In this document: positions 32,591 to 42,116 of the stretch, piece after piece | How positions within the stretch are numbered: position 1 is the stretch's first letter | Layout of the letters: each line of letters begins with the position of its first letter | Source: an uncultured delta proteobacterium | Lineage (GTDB): Bacteria > Myxococcota > Kuafuiibacteriia > Kuafuiibacteriales > Kuafuiibacteriaceae | Length of the DNA: 64,000 bases | NCBI GenBank assembly: GCA_963803435.1 | Contig: CAWDML010000003.1 | Span: forward strand, 960,001-1,024,000 | Direction: 5' to 3' | Made by a program: the position numbers and the translations under genes | The notes under the pieces: model-generated | Databases searched by the model: none | What the model was told of the DNA's origin: nothing | Seen by the model: only the letters and a program-made list of their open reading frames with translations

Positions 32591-32799
32591 TCATGCAGCC
32601 CGGCGTGCGTTCATCGACTTGATGAGGCGCGTGAGCATCTCGACACTGCGCTTGAGCTTGGCTCTGGCGGCTTGGACCTTCTGCTCTTGGCGAGTCGGCG
32701 CCTCGAGCAGGTGTGGAGTGAGGCGGCGCTTTCGGTGCCAGAGCGAAGTGCCATCCGGTAGAAGCGAGCCTTCTCAGGTGGATTGAACTCTCCGGCGCC
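32591..32799 (-). pseudogene. 3' half of four-helix-bundle (23S rRNA IVP-like) gene
   Basis: GAGEFNPPEKARFYRMALRSGTESAA, then after a frameshift KVQAARAKLKRSVEMLTRLIKSM*. Confidence 0.75.
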
Positions 32800-33756
32800 C
32801 TGGAGCGAGCGCGCACGATCGACCAAGAGGAAGACGAGCGGCTGGGCGTTGAAGAGACTGAAGAGGACATCCCAGCGGAGCTCGCTCGCCGTGAATCCCG
32901 CCTTGCCCGCATTCGAGAAGCGAAGGCTGCGCTGGAACAGGATGCCGCCAGGGCTCGCGCGGAGAAATTGCGCAGGCAAGCCGAAGAGCAGCAGAGCAAA
33001 GCGGATGATGCTCTTGTGGATCGGGTGGAGCAGAAGCGAGCGAGAACTCGAGCCGAGAAGGCAAGAGCGCAGGCTGACCAGCTCGAACCATCCCCAGACC
33101 CAACTGAACGAAATGATGGATGGCCGCATCATCGCGTTCCTGCAAATGTGGACGGCACACCGAGGCCCCACGCTCAGAGGAACTTCACCGACTCAGACAG
33201 CAGGATCATGTTGAAGGAGGGAGCGTACCTCCAGGCCTACAATGCCCAAGTTGTCGTAGATGAGCACGCTCAGGTGATTGTCGCCGAAGGGGTCAGCAAC
33301 CAGGCACCTGATCAGCAACACCTCGTCCCGATGCTCCGTGATGTGTTCGGCAACTGCGGCGATGCTCCGCGGAAGATGACGGCAGACAACGGCTATCTGA
33401 GCGCGACCAACATCGAATTCTGCGACAACAATCAGATCGATGCCCACATCGCTGTTGGACGCGAACAGAACCAAGACGCGTCGACTCCGTCCTCATCAGC
33501 TTCGGAGCCCACACCTGCCTCGCTCGCTCGCAAGCGAATGCGAGACAAGTTGCAAACGCGCGACGGCAAGGCGGTCTACGCCCGCAGGAAGAGTATCGTC
33601 GAACCGGCGCTCGGACAGATCAAAGGGGCACGAGGATTCCGCCGGTTCTCGCTCCGCTCCTTCTTCAAGGTACGAGCCGAGTGGACGCTCGTCTGCCTCA
33701 CCCACAACCTGCTCAAGCTCTACCGATCGAAGCTCGCGACCGTCGCGAGCGTCTGA
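32800..33756 (+). pseudogene. IS1182-family transposase, N-terminal part missing
   Basis: ELARRESRLARIREAKAALE, NFTDSDSRIM, QAYNAQ, ADNGY, YARRKSIVEP.GQIK, GFRRFSLR, HNLLKL. Confidence 0.9.
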
Positions 33757-33857
33757 CTCAAGGCAGCCATCTTCAGATCGGGACCCGGACCGGGACCGGG
33801 ACCCGGACCGGGGTCGCGTGAGCGCTTACGCGCTACACGCTCCTAGCCTGTCCCCGG

Positions 33858-34706
33858 CTACGAGAACGTGGAGAGGACCGCGCCGGCGAAGAGGCCGGCC
33901 ACCGCCAGCGACAACGGCGCGATCCAGCGCCGCCCCGGGACGGGCAGCGGTTCGTCGAAGTCCAGGCACTCGGGCTCGTCGGTGAGGGTGTCGCCGGGCT
34001 CGAGCCGGGGGGCGGGGGTCGAGCGGCTCGGCGGGTCCCACGCGCCTTGCGCCTCGAGGTTCCGCACGGCCTCGGCGGCGGTGGGGCGCGCTCGGGGGTC
34101 GGGTTCGACCAGCTGGCTGACCGCGGGGGGCAGCGCGAAGTGGCGCGCGAGCTCGGAGAGCATGTGTCCCAGCCGCCAGACATCGCCGGAGGGGAGCGCT
34201 CGGCCGGCCGCCACCTCCTCGGGGGCCACGCGGATCGGCGGCACCTCGTCGGAGAGCCAGGGCCCGGCGGCGAACACCTGCGCGCCGGCGATCCGCCCCG
34301 AGGCCGTCACCGAGTGCTCCGACAGCAGCGGCGTGGTCCGGCCCCGGAGGTGGCGGGCCTCGAGCTGCGCGGCCAGACCGATCCCGAGCCCGATCAGATC
34401 ACCGGCGTGGCGAACCTTCGGCTTGGAGAGCTCCACCAAGGGGAGCAGCCACACCAGCGTGCGATTGTCGGCGGTGCCGAGGGCGCGGTGGGCGAGGATC
34501 GGATCGCCGGCGGCGGCGGCCTCGAGGGTCTCGAGCGAGAGCGATCGCTCGAACGTGTCGCGGGCCGCGCGATCCGGTCCCGGCGCCGCCCGGCGGAGCG
34601 GGAGGGTTTGAACCAGCACGTTGCCGCCCGCCGGCATGCGGGCGGGGAAGAAGCGGCCGCCGGGCGCGGCCCGGCCGAGGGGTGGCCGTCGGGTCATGCC
34701 CATCAC
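33858..34706 (-). CDS. Degenerate Ser/Thr-kinase-like (pseudokinase) membrane protein
   Basis: APEE, GDVWRLG, DPRARPTA C-lobe motifs; no HRD or DFG; C-terminal TM. Confidence 0.55.
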   Translation of the reverse strand: MMGMTRRPPLGRAAPGGRFFPARMPAGGNVLVQTLPLRRAAPGPDRAARDTFERSLSLETLEAAAAGDPILAHRALGTADNRTLVWLLPLVELSKPKVRHAGDLIGLGIGLAAQLEARHLRGRTTPLLSEHSVTASGRIAGAQVFAAGPWLSDEVPPIRVAPEEVAAGRALPSGDVWRLGHMLSELARHFALPPAVSQLVEPDPRARPTAAEAVRNLEAQGAWDPPSRSTPAPRLEPGDTLTDEPECLDFDEPLPVPGRRWIAPLSLAVAGLFAGAVLSTFS

Positions 34707-34805
34707 GACGCTGGGATTGGGAGTCAGTCGCGTTTTTTTTGTCGGAGAGCGCCGTCACGGCGCCAACGCTCGACAATCGGTCCCGGGCAAACGTAGCGTT
34801 CGCCC

Positions 34806-35969
34806 GTGGTCCGCGCCCGCCGGCCTCGTGAGACCCCGCAGCCGAAGCGGCGCGCTCGGACCCAGCCCAGCAGCGCCCTCCTCGATCGCGGTCGATCCAT
34901 CCTCCACGAAGAAGCGGAGGCGCTCCGGGCGGCCAGCCGCCGGATGAACGGCGACTTCGTCCAGGCCGTCCGAGCCATCGCCTCCGCCGAGGGCCGCCTG
35001 GTGGTCACCGGCATGGGGAAGGCGAACTTCGTGGCGCAGAAGATCTCGGCCACCTTCGCCTCAATCGGGATCCCGTCGCTCTTCCTCCACCCGGCCGACG
35101 CGCTCCACGGCGACCTGGGCCGGCTGACCGCTCAGGATCTGGTGCTGGCGCTCTCCCACTCGGGCGAGACGGACGAGATGGTGCGGTTGATCGATCCGGT
35201 GCGGCAGATGGGCGCGACGCTGCTGGCGATGGTCGGCTCGAAGCGCTCGACGCTCGGGGCGCGCGCGGACCTCGCCCTCGAGATCGGCGTTCAGGAGGAG
35301 GCGGGGCACGGTCTCGCACCGACGACCTCCACCACCGTGATGCTCGCGATGGGAGACGCGCTCGCGATGGCGGCGATCGAGCTCCGCGACTTCTCCAACG
35401 ACGAGTTCCAGCGGCTCCACCCCGGCGGCGCCATCGGTCGCAAGTTGATGCGGGTCGCCGACGTCATGCGCAAGGGCGAGGCCCTTCCGCTGGTGAAGAC
35501 GCAATCGCCTCTGTCCGAGGTGATCGGCGTGATGACGAAGACGCCGGGCCGCCCCGGCGCCGCGGTCGTGGTCGGCGCGCGGAACGCGATCGCCGGGATC
35601 TTCACCGATGGCGATCTCCGGCGCCTCGCCGAGGCGGGCGCGCTGGCGCTGGACCGCCCCGTCGGCGAGGTGATGTGCGCGGATCCGAAGACCGTCCGCC
35701 CCGAGGAGCACGTGGTCGATGCGGCGCGTCTCTTGACCACGCACTCGATCGATCAGGTCCCGGTGGTGGACGGGAAGCGACGCGTCGTCGGCCTCCTCGA
35801 CGTCCAGGAGCTCCTCGCCCACCGGATCCTCCGATCGGTCCCGCTGCCGACCTCACTCCGCCTGCGACGAGCCAGAGGTCCTAAGTTCGGCGACTTCACA
35901 TCGCCGATAATGGCGAGGCCTCGCAAGGAGCGAAGCGACGCGCAGCAGCGCGCGAAGCGCGGTGCGTAG
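34806..35969 (+). CDS. kdsD: KpsF/GutQ arabinose-5-phosphate isomerase (SIS + CBS); true stop may be near 35834
   Basis: VTGMGK, HPADALHGDLG, SHSGET, APTTST, HPGG, GIFTDGDLRR. Confidence 0.92.
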   Translation: MVRARRPRETPQPKRRARTQPSSALLDRGRSILHEEAEALRAASRRMNGDFVQAVRAIASAEGRLVVTGMGKANFVAQKISATFASIGIPSLFLHPADALHGDLGRLTAQDLVLALSHSGETDEMVRLIDPVRQMGATLLAMVGSKRSTLGARADLALEIGVQEEAGHGLAPTTSTTVMLAMGDALAMAAIELRDFSNDEFQRLHPGGAIGRKLMRVADVMRKGEALPLVKTQSPLSEVIGVMTKTPGRPGAAVVVGARNAIAGIFTDGDLRRLAEAGALALDRPVGEVMCADPKTVRPEEHVVDAARLLTTHSIDQVPVVDGKRRVVGLLDVQELLAHRILRSVPLPTSLRLRRARGPKFGDFTSPIMARPRKERSDAQQRAKRGA

Positions 35970-36009
35970 GGCCGCAGGCGACTTCACGTCGCCGCTAACG
36001 GCCAAGGCC
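35889..36009. repeat. Pair of palindromic REP-like direct repeats
   Basis: GGCGACTTCACATCGCCGATAATGGCGAGGCC (35889) and GGCGACTTCACGTCGCCGCTAACGGCCAAGGCC (35977). Confidence 0.6.
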
Positions 36010-36048
36010 CGCTTGCCCGGCAGGGCGTCCGCCGCTTAGAAGGGGCGG

Positions 36049-36918
36049 ATGCGCCGGGTCGCGATCCTGCTCGTCCTGACGGCGTGCACGAAGCCGGGAC
36101 CCGGGCTGGTCGATGGGGGTGGCTTCGTCCTGCCGGACGCCGGCAAGCGGGACGCGGGGACTCCGGACTCGGGCGCGGGCGACAGTGGGCCGTTCGTGTG
36201 TGCGGAGCCGTGCACAGGCGGGACCGTCTGTGGATGCGTCGATCGCGACTGCGGGTGTCAAACGCCGGCGGGCAACGACGAGCTGTGCGATCCGCAGGCA
36301 CCGGCCACGTGTCGGAGCGGACTGTCGTGCCTGCGTGCGCGCCGAGCGGGGGTCGACGTCTACGTCTGCTCGAACGGCGCCGAGGGGACCTCGTGCTCGC
36401 ACACCGCCGACATCTGTACGACCGCGCTCGGCTGCGTCTGTCTCACGCCGCCCACGCATACGACCGACTGCCACTGCGTCGAGTCCGTGACCTCGCCTTC
36501 GCTCTGCGATCCGCTGGTGCCGCTGTCGTGTCCAGGGAACGTGTGCGTGCGCGTCGACGCGCCCGGCGGAGCGTACTTCGTCTGCAGCGACGGTGCGCTC
36601 AACTCGCCGTGCGATCAGGCGCAGGACAACTGCCAGACGTCGCTCGGATGCATCTGCCCGCTGGTCTCGGGACGCGAGCGCTGCCTCTGCGGCGAGCCTT
36701 CGGGCGAGGGCGGGCCGTGCGATCCGAACGAGCCGGCGTCGTGCGTCGACGGGCTCGACTGCGTGGTGGCCGGCAATCCGATGGAGGGCGCGTCGACCGT
36801 GTGCAGCGGTGGGCCGAGCCTCCCCGACGGCGGGATCCCGTGCGATCCGAACAATCCGACCAGCTGCCCGCCCGGGCAGATCTGCGAGGAAGGACCGGGC
36901 GGCTTCACCTGTGGTTGA
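36049..36918 (+). CDS. Cysteine-rich repeat lipoprotein
   Basis: Lipobox LTAC; DAG linker; four CDPxxPxxC modules. Confidence 0.8.
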   Translation: MRRVAILLVLTACTKPGPGLVDGGGFVLPDAGKRDAGTPDSGAGDSGPFVCAEPCTGGTVCGCVDRDCGCQTPAGNDELCDPQAPATCRSGLSCLRARRAGVDVYVCSNGAEGTSCSHTADICTTALGCVCLTPPTHTTDCHCVESVTSPSLCDPLVPLSCPGNVCVRVDAPGGAYFVCSDGALNSPCDQAQDNCQTSLGCICPLVSGRERCLCGEPSGEGGPCDPNEPASCVDGLDCVVAGNPMEGASTVCSGGPSLPDGGIPCDPNNPTSCPPGQICEEGPGGFTCG

Positions 36919-37591
36919 ACGCATCGTGGCGGACCGCGCGCTGGTGGTGATGGCGAAGGTTCCGCGCCCCGGGCGGGTCAAGACGCGCATGGGGTTGCCG
37001 GGCGAGATGGCGAGCCGGGTCTACGCCGAGCTCTTGGAGGCGGTGCTCGTACGCGCCGATCGGGCGCACGACCAGGTCGGGTTCGAGCGCGTGCTCGCGG
37101 TGGCGCTGTCGCCCGAGGACGCAAAGGCGGACGCCGAGGCGCTGGCCCCCGAGGGGTGGCGCGTGGTGCTGCAGCGGGGCGCGGACCTGGGCGAGCGGAT
37201 CCAGGCGGCCGCCGCGGACGCCGGGGCGGCGCGAACGGTGATCGTCGGCTCGGACGCGCCCACGCTTCCGGAAGACCGGATCCCGGGGGCGTTCGAGGCG
37301 CTGACGCGCGCGCGCGCCGTGTTCGGCCCCACGGAGGACGGCGGCTACTACTTGGTCGGTCTTCGCGGTCCGGAGCCCCGGCTCTTCGACGGGATCCCCT
37401 GGTCGACGGACGCGGTCATGGCCCGCACCCGAGCTGCGGCGAGGGCCGCCGGGATCGAGCTCGTCGAGCTTTCGCCCTGGTACGACGTGGACCGCCTGGA
37501 GGACCTCCAGAGGGCCGCGGCCGACGGATTCGCTTGCCGAGCCTCGAGTTTCGTCCTAGTACCAGCACCCCATGGCAAAGACCGCCCGTGA
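36911..37591 (+). CDS. DUF2064/TIGR04282 glycosyltransferase-like protein
   Basis: [49 protein letters not shown]. Confidence 0.9.
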   Translation: MVERIVADRALVVMAKVPRPGRVKTRMGLPGEMASRVYAELLEAVLVRADRAHDQVGFERVLAVALSPEDAKADAEALAPEGWRVVLQRGADLGERIQAAAADAGAARTVIVGSDAPTLPEDRIPGAFEALTRARAVFGPTEDGGYYLVGLRGPEPRLFDGIPWSTDAVMARTRAAARAAGIELVELSPWYDVDRLEDLQRAAADGFACRASSFVLVPAPHGKDRP

Positions 37592-37739
37592 GCTGATCAA
37601 GCTCGAGTCGTCGGCCGGCACCGGATTCTTCTACGTCACCACGAAGAACCGCCGCACGCAGACCACCAAGCTGGAGAAGAAGAAGTACGACCCCAAGGTC
37701 CGCAAGCACGTGCTCTTCGTGGAGAAGAAGCTGAAGTAG
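37572..37739 (+). CDS. rpmG: 50S ribosomal protein L33 (zinc-free type); absent from ORF track
   Basis: [55 protein letters not shown]. Confidence 0.97.
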   Translation: MAKTARELIKLESSAGTGFFYVTTKNRRTQTTKLEKKKYDPKVRKHVLFVEKKLK

Positions 37740-37741
37740 CC

Positions 37742-38035
37742 GTGAGCACCATCAAGGTCACGCAGGCCCATCAGCTCAGCATCGACGACGCCAAGAGCGC
37801 GCTCAGCGGCTTCGAGCAGGACCTGAAGAAGTACATGGTGAAGCTGGCCTGGTCCGGTCCAAACGCCGAGCTCAAGGGCACCGGCGTCTCGGGCGACGTC
37901 AAGGTCACCACCGCCGACGTCACCGTGACGGTGAAGCTCGGGATGTTGGCGAAGGCCGCCGGCGTGAAAGCCGATCTCCTCGAGAAGTCGATCGCCAAGC
38001 GGCTGAAGTCGGCGCTCGCGCCGGCCGATTCTTGA
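37742..38035 (+). CDS. Polyhydroxyalkanoic acid system (PHA_gran_rgn) family protein
   Basis: IKVTQAHQLSIDDAK...W...LKGTGVSG...VKLGML pattern. Confidence 0.75.
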   Translation: MSTIKVTQAHQLSIDDAKSALSGFEQDLKKYMVKLAWSGPNAELKGTGVSGDVKVTTADVTVTVKLGMLAKAAGVKADLLEKSIAKRLKSALAPADS

Positions 38036-38069
38036 ATTACCGCCTGATCTGCGCAAACCTCGCCGGCGG

Positions 38070-38735
38070 ATGCGCCTCGTCGCTGCCGGTGTGCTGCTCT
38101 TGACGCTCGGCGGCCCCGGATCCGCGTGGGCCGACGGCCAGCGGGACCTCGAGGACGGTATCGCGTTCTACGAGAACCTGGACACCGATCGCGCGATCGA
38201 TCGGCTCACCCGCGCCTCCACGGCCACCGATCTGGGACCGGACGATCGGGCGAAGGCGTTCCTGTACCTCGGCATGCTGCAGTTCGAGATCGGGAGCACC
38301 GGCGATGCCCGGACCTCGTGGACCCACGCCATCGAGCTGAAGCACGACGTTCGGATCCCGGACGGCACCTCGCCGAAGACGATCGAGGCCATCGAGGCGA
38401 TCCGCGCCAAGATCCCGGTGTCTCCGGGTGAGGCCAAGGTCAGCCCGCCGCCGCCCGAGATCACGCCTCCGCCTCCGCCTCCGCCTCCGCCTCCGCCGCC
38501 CGTGGAGATCGCGCCGCCGCCCCCGCCGCCGCCGATCGATCACGCGATCGGGGAGCCGCCTCCGCCGCCGGTGGAGGAGGGCGGATCGAACGTATGGCTT
38601 TGGGTCGGGATCGGGGCGGGCGCCGCGGCGGCCGTGGCGGTGGTGATCGTGGTGGTCGCGGTGGTGGCGGGCGGCGGCAGCGGCAGCGATTGCGACATGG
38701 GAGGAGGCGGATGTCTCGGCGTCACGTTCCAGTGA
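38070..38735 (+). CDS. Exported TPR-like protein with poly-Pro linker and C-terminal TM
   Basis: Signal peptide; AFLYLGML; SPK motif; (CCTCCG)n poly-Pro; WLWVGIG TM. Confidence 0.75.
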   Translation: MRLVAAGVLLLTLGGPGSAWADGQRDLEDGIAFYENLDTDRAIDRLTRASTATDLGPDDRAKAFLYLGMLQFEIGSTGDARTSWTHAIELKHDVRIPDGTSPKTIEAIEAIRAKIPVSPGEAKVSPPPPEITPPPPPPPPPPPPVEIAPPPPPPPIDHAIGEPPPPPVEEGGSNVWLWVGIGAGAAAAVAVVIVVVAVVAGGGSGSDCDMGGGGCLGVTFQ

Positions 38736-39127
38736 TGGCGGTGCTCGCGGCGCTGTGCGCGTGCGGGTCCGGTGAGCCCCAGCTCGACCTCGCGATGCGA
38801 ATGTCGCCGGAGCTCGCCATGGCGGATCACGCGGTGGTCGTCCTCTTCACCGCCGCGCCACCGACCAGCTGCGAGGTCCTGCGGCTCTCCGAGAAGGACG
38901 AGCCGATCCCGAAGCGGGGTGCGTACCGCTCCGAGGTCACGATCAGCGGCACGGGCCCCCAGGACACCGAGTTCTTCGAGCTGGTGCCGGGCGACTACCA
39001 GATCGCGGTCTTCGTCTACGCCGCCGGCGGCGGGCTCGTCGGCTTCGGCTGTCGACCCGAGCCGGTGACGATCGAGCTGGGCAAGCGCACCGAAGCGCCC
39101 GTGATCGAGGTCCGCGCGCTCCCTTGA
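38711..39127 (+). CDS. Hypothetical lipoprotein
   Basis: LCACGSG lipobox; LVPGDYQIAV beta-domain. Confidence 0.65.
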   Translation: MSRRHVPVMAVLAALCACGSGEPQLDLAMRMSPELAMADHAVVVLFTAAPPTSCEVLRLSEKDEPIPKRGAYRSEVTISGTGPQDTEFFELVPGDYQIAVFVYAAGGGLVGFGCRPEPVTIELGKRTEAPVIEVRALP

Positions 39128-39128
39128 G

Positions 39129-40994
39129 TCAGAACTTCACGGTGATCAGCTTCTCCGGATCACCGGCCTTCACGTTGATCGGAAAGATGCGTTCGTCGCT
39201 GCCTTCGCCGCTGATCAGGCGAAGAGTGTGCTCACCTTCGTAGAGCGCGAACTGGATCGGCGTGCGCCCCTTCTCGGTGCCGTCGACGTAGACGGTCGCC
39301 CACGGCCTCGAGACCAGGCGGACCATGCCCCGGCCGAACACGATCTTCTCCTCGGCCACACCGCCCTCGCTGACGTCGACCTGCACCGTCCGCTTGAGCC
39401 CGAGACCCTTGTGGGTGAGCAGGAGCGTGTGGCTGCCGACCGGCAGCCGGGTGTCGAGCGGGGTCTTGCCGAGCCTCTTCTTCCCCAGCATCACGGTCAG
39501 GCCTCGAGGGACGGAGTTGATGGCGATCCGTCCCGAGGGGCCCGCGGGGCGCACGTGCTTGGCGCGCCGCCGCGGCGGCGGCGGGACCACGGGCGGTGGC
39601 GACTCCACTTCGGGCGCCACCGGCTTCACCTCGGGCTCGACCCGCGGCGGGACGGTCGCCTCGATTGGAGCCTTGGCCGCCAGCACGGTCTCTTGGGGCG
39701 CAGGCTCCACGAGGATCGCCGGGGGCGCGTGGGTCGCCCACCACACCCCGATGCCGCCGACCAGGGCCGAGGCCAGGAACACGCCGATCACGCCCGGCGA
39801 GAGGCGACGGTCCAGCCCCGCCGCGCTCATCTCCCCGGCGATGCCGTTCATCGTCGACACATGCGCGTGCTCCGCGGTGGGGGTCGGCGTGAAGGCGCGG
39901 GGCGGCGGCGTCGCGCGCGGCTTGGCGCCCTGCGGTACGTAGGGCGTGGCAGGCGGCAGCACGTCCTTCGCCTCGAGGTCGGGCGCGTTCCCCTGGGCGA
40001 AGCCGACGCCGTAGCGCGGGATCTTGAGCTTGGTGGCGTCGAACATCGAGTCCGTATCGCTCTCCGTCAGGCTCTGGATGAACTCGGCGACCACATGCCG
40101 GCCGAGGGGCGTCGGGCAGTCCCGGAGGACGGACTGTAGATCGACCTGGAAGTCCCGCGCGCGCTGGTAACGGTCCTGCGGGTACTTCTCGAGGCTCCGG
40201 TACAGACCGCGCTCGATCCCGATCGGGCAGTCGGGGACGAACGCGGTCACCGCCGGCGGCGGATCCTCGAGGATCGACTTGAGCGTCATGATCTCGTTCG
40301 GCCCGTTGAACGGCCGGTCGCCGACCAACAGCTCGTAGAAGCAGACCCCGAGGGAGAACAGATCGGAGCGGCGATCGATCGGCTCGCCGGAGGCCTGCTC
40401 CGGAGACATGTAGGCCACCTTGCCCTTGAGCATTCCGGCCTGGGTCTCCCCGCTGATCGTCGATCCTTTGACGATGCCGAAGTCGACCAGCTTCACCGCC
40501 CCCTCGTAGGAGACCAGGATGTTCTGCGGAGAGATGTCCCGGTGGACCAGGTGGAGGGGCGTCCCGGCGTCCGGATCACGGAAGTTGTGGGCGTACTCGA
40601 GGCCGTCGAGCGCCTGCGTCATCATGAAGGCGGCCAGCTCCGGGGGTATGAGGATCCCTTTCTCGGCGCACATCATGTTGAGCTGGCGAAGGTTGAGCCC
40701 GTTCACCAGCTCCATCGCGATGTAGAACTGACCTTGCTCGTCCTGGCCCAGCTCGAAGATCTGGACCAGGTTCGGGTGGTCGAACATGGCCGTGACCCGG
40801 GCCTCGGTCAGGAACATGCGGGTGAACGTTTGGTCCGCCGCGAACTGCGGGAGGATCCGCTTGAGCGCACAGCGCTTTTCGAAGCCGCCCGGACCCAGGA
40901 ACCGGGCGAGGAACAGCTCCGCCATCCCACCGGTGGCGATCTTCCGGATGATCTCGTATCGGCCGATTCGTTTCACTGTCGGCTCGTCGGGCAT
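39129..40994 (-). CDS. Ser/Thr protein kinase with TM and PEGA domains
   Basis: IATGGMAE, ALKRIL, HRDISPQN, DFG, YMSPEQ; SVPRG and SRPWA PEGA repeats. Confidence 0.96.
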   Translation of the reverse strand: MPDEPTVKRIGRYEIIRKIATGGMAELFLARFLGPGGFEKRCALKRILPQFAADQTFTRMFLTEARVTAMFDHPNLVQIFELGQDEQGQFYIAMELVNGLNLRQLNMMCAEKGILIPPELAAFMMTQALDGLEYAHNFRDPDAGTPLHLVHRDISPQNILVSYEGAVKLVDFGIVKGSTISGETQAGMLKGKVAYMSPEQASGEPIDRRSDLFSLGVCFYELLVGDRPFNGPNEIMTLKSILEDPPPAVTAFVPDCPIGIERGLYRSLEKYPQDRYQRARDFQVDLQSVLRDCPTPLGRHVVAEFIQSLTESDTDSMFDATKLKIPRYGVGFAQGNAPDLEAKDVLPPATPYVPQGAKPRATPPPRAFTPTPTAEHAHVSTMNGIAGEMSAAGLDRRLSPGVIGVFLASALVGGIGVWWATHAPPAILVEPAPQETVLAAKAPIEATVPPRVEPEVKPVAPEVESPPPVVPPPPRRRAKHVRPAGPSGRIAINSVPRGLTVMLGKKRLGKTPLDTRLPVGSHTLLLTHKGLGLKRTVQVDVSEGGVAEEKIVFGRGMVRLVSRPWATVYVDGTEKGRTPIQFALYEGEHTLRLISGEGSDERIFPINVKAGDPEKLITVKF

Positions 40995-41149
40995 CCGAGC
41001 TAAGCCTCCCGTACTTCCTGGATCGCAGTCAAACTGCCCCTCCTGACTCTACTGACTGCGCGAGGGGCCCGGCGCCTTCTGTCAAAATCCACATCCTCGC
41101 CTCGTCTCCCACCCCACACGGCCGTCGCTCCCGGATAGCATGACACGCC

Positions 41150-42103
41150 GTGAAGCGTGCCCTCGTCATCCTCAACCCCTCCTCGTGCGACTTCGAGGCC
41201 CAGCGGCGGTGGCCCGACCTGCGGCGCGTGCTCGAACAGCTGGGTGTAGTCGAGGTCGTGGAGACCGAGCCGGACGAGCGGGCCACCCGCGCGAAGGTGG
41301 CGGCCGCCGTCCGCGACGGGGGCTTCGAGCGCATGATCGCGATCGGCGGCGACGGCACCGTCCACACCGTGGTCAACGCGCTCCGGGATGTGGGGTTGGA
41401 GCGGAAGTATCGACTCGCGGTGATCCCTTTCGGTACCGCCAACGACGTGGCCAAGAGCCTCGGCCTCCCGATCCGCGATCACGACGCGCTCGCGCGGATC
41501 GCGATGAGCGACCACTTCGGCGCCTTCGACGTCGGCAAGGTGCGGATCCGTCGGGACGAACGCTACGAGGAGTGCGCCTTCGTCGACTCGGTCTCCGTCG
41601 GGATGGACGCCGACATCCTCTCCACGCGCAAGAAGTTTCGCGATCTCAAAGGCTATCTCTCGTACGTCCCGGCGATCGCGGAGCGCGCGGTGTCGCAGCA
41701 GAGCATCGACGTCCGGATCACCTGCGACGATCGCGTCATCGATGCGCGTGTTCTCAACCTGATCATCAACAACGCGCCCACGTACGCGGGCGAGCTGAAG
41801 CTGCCCGGATCGCTCGCGGACGACGGGCTCCTCGATCTCTATCTATTCAATCGGATCGAGTACGCGTCCAAGCTCCTCAGCTTCGCGATCAAGCAGGCCG
41901 ACCTCCTCGAGCTGGGTGTGAGCGATCTCCTCGAGGACCTCACCGAGAACCAGCGCACCTTCCGCGGCAAGCACATCAAGGTCCGGATGGCGTCGCCGCG
42001 GAGCCTGCAGGTGGACGGCGAGGTCTTCGGCACGGCCGACGAGGTCGAATGCGACGTGATCGCCCAGCTCGAGGTGCCGGTGCCCGAGAAGGGGCGGCCG
42101 TGA
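41150..42103 (+). CDS. Diacylglycerol/lipid kinase (YegS/BmrU family)
   Basis: ILNP, GGDGT, PFGTAND, DDGLLD, QVDGE. Confidence 0.9.
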   Translation: MKRALVILNPSSCDFEAQRRWPDLRRVLEQLGVVEVVETEPDERATRAKVAAAVRDGGFERMIAIGGDGTVHTVVNALRDVGLERKYRLAVIPFGTANDVAKSLGLPIRDHDALARIAMSDHFGAFDVGKVRIRRDERYEECAFVDSVSVGMDADILSTRKKFRDLKGYLSYVPAIAERAVSQQSIDVRITCDDRVIDARVLNLIINNAPTYAGELKLPGSLADDGLLDLYLFNRIEYASKLLSFAIKQADLLELGVSDLLEDLTENQRTFRGKHIKVRMASPRSLQVDGEVFGTADEVECDVIAQLEVPVPEKGRP

Positions 42104-42116
42104 TACCTGTGAGTGT

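Larger units (their letters stand above)
32517..33846. mobile_element. Internally deleted IS1182-family element with ~70-bp terminal inverted repeats and CTAG at both ends
   Basis: Left 32517-32585 and right 33777-33846 are reverse complements (about 65/70 identical); lower-GC interior. Confidence 0.85.

Noticed and set aside
32591-32799. Avd-like fragment as part of a diversity-generating retroelement
   Set aside because: No reverse transcriptase and no TR/VR pair in the window
38466-38495. (CCTCCG)5 as a phase-variation tract
   Set aside because: In-frame hexamer encoding a poly-Pro linker; slippage would not switch expression
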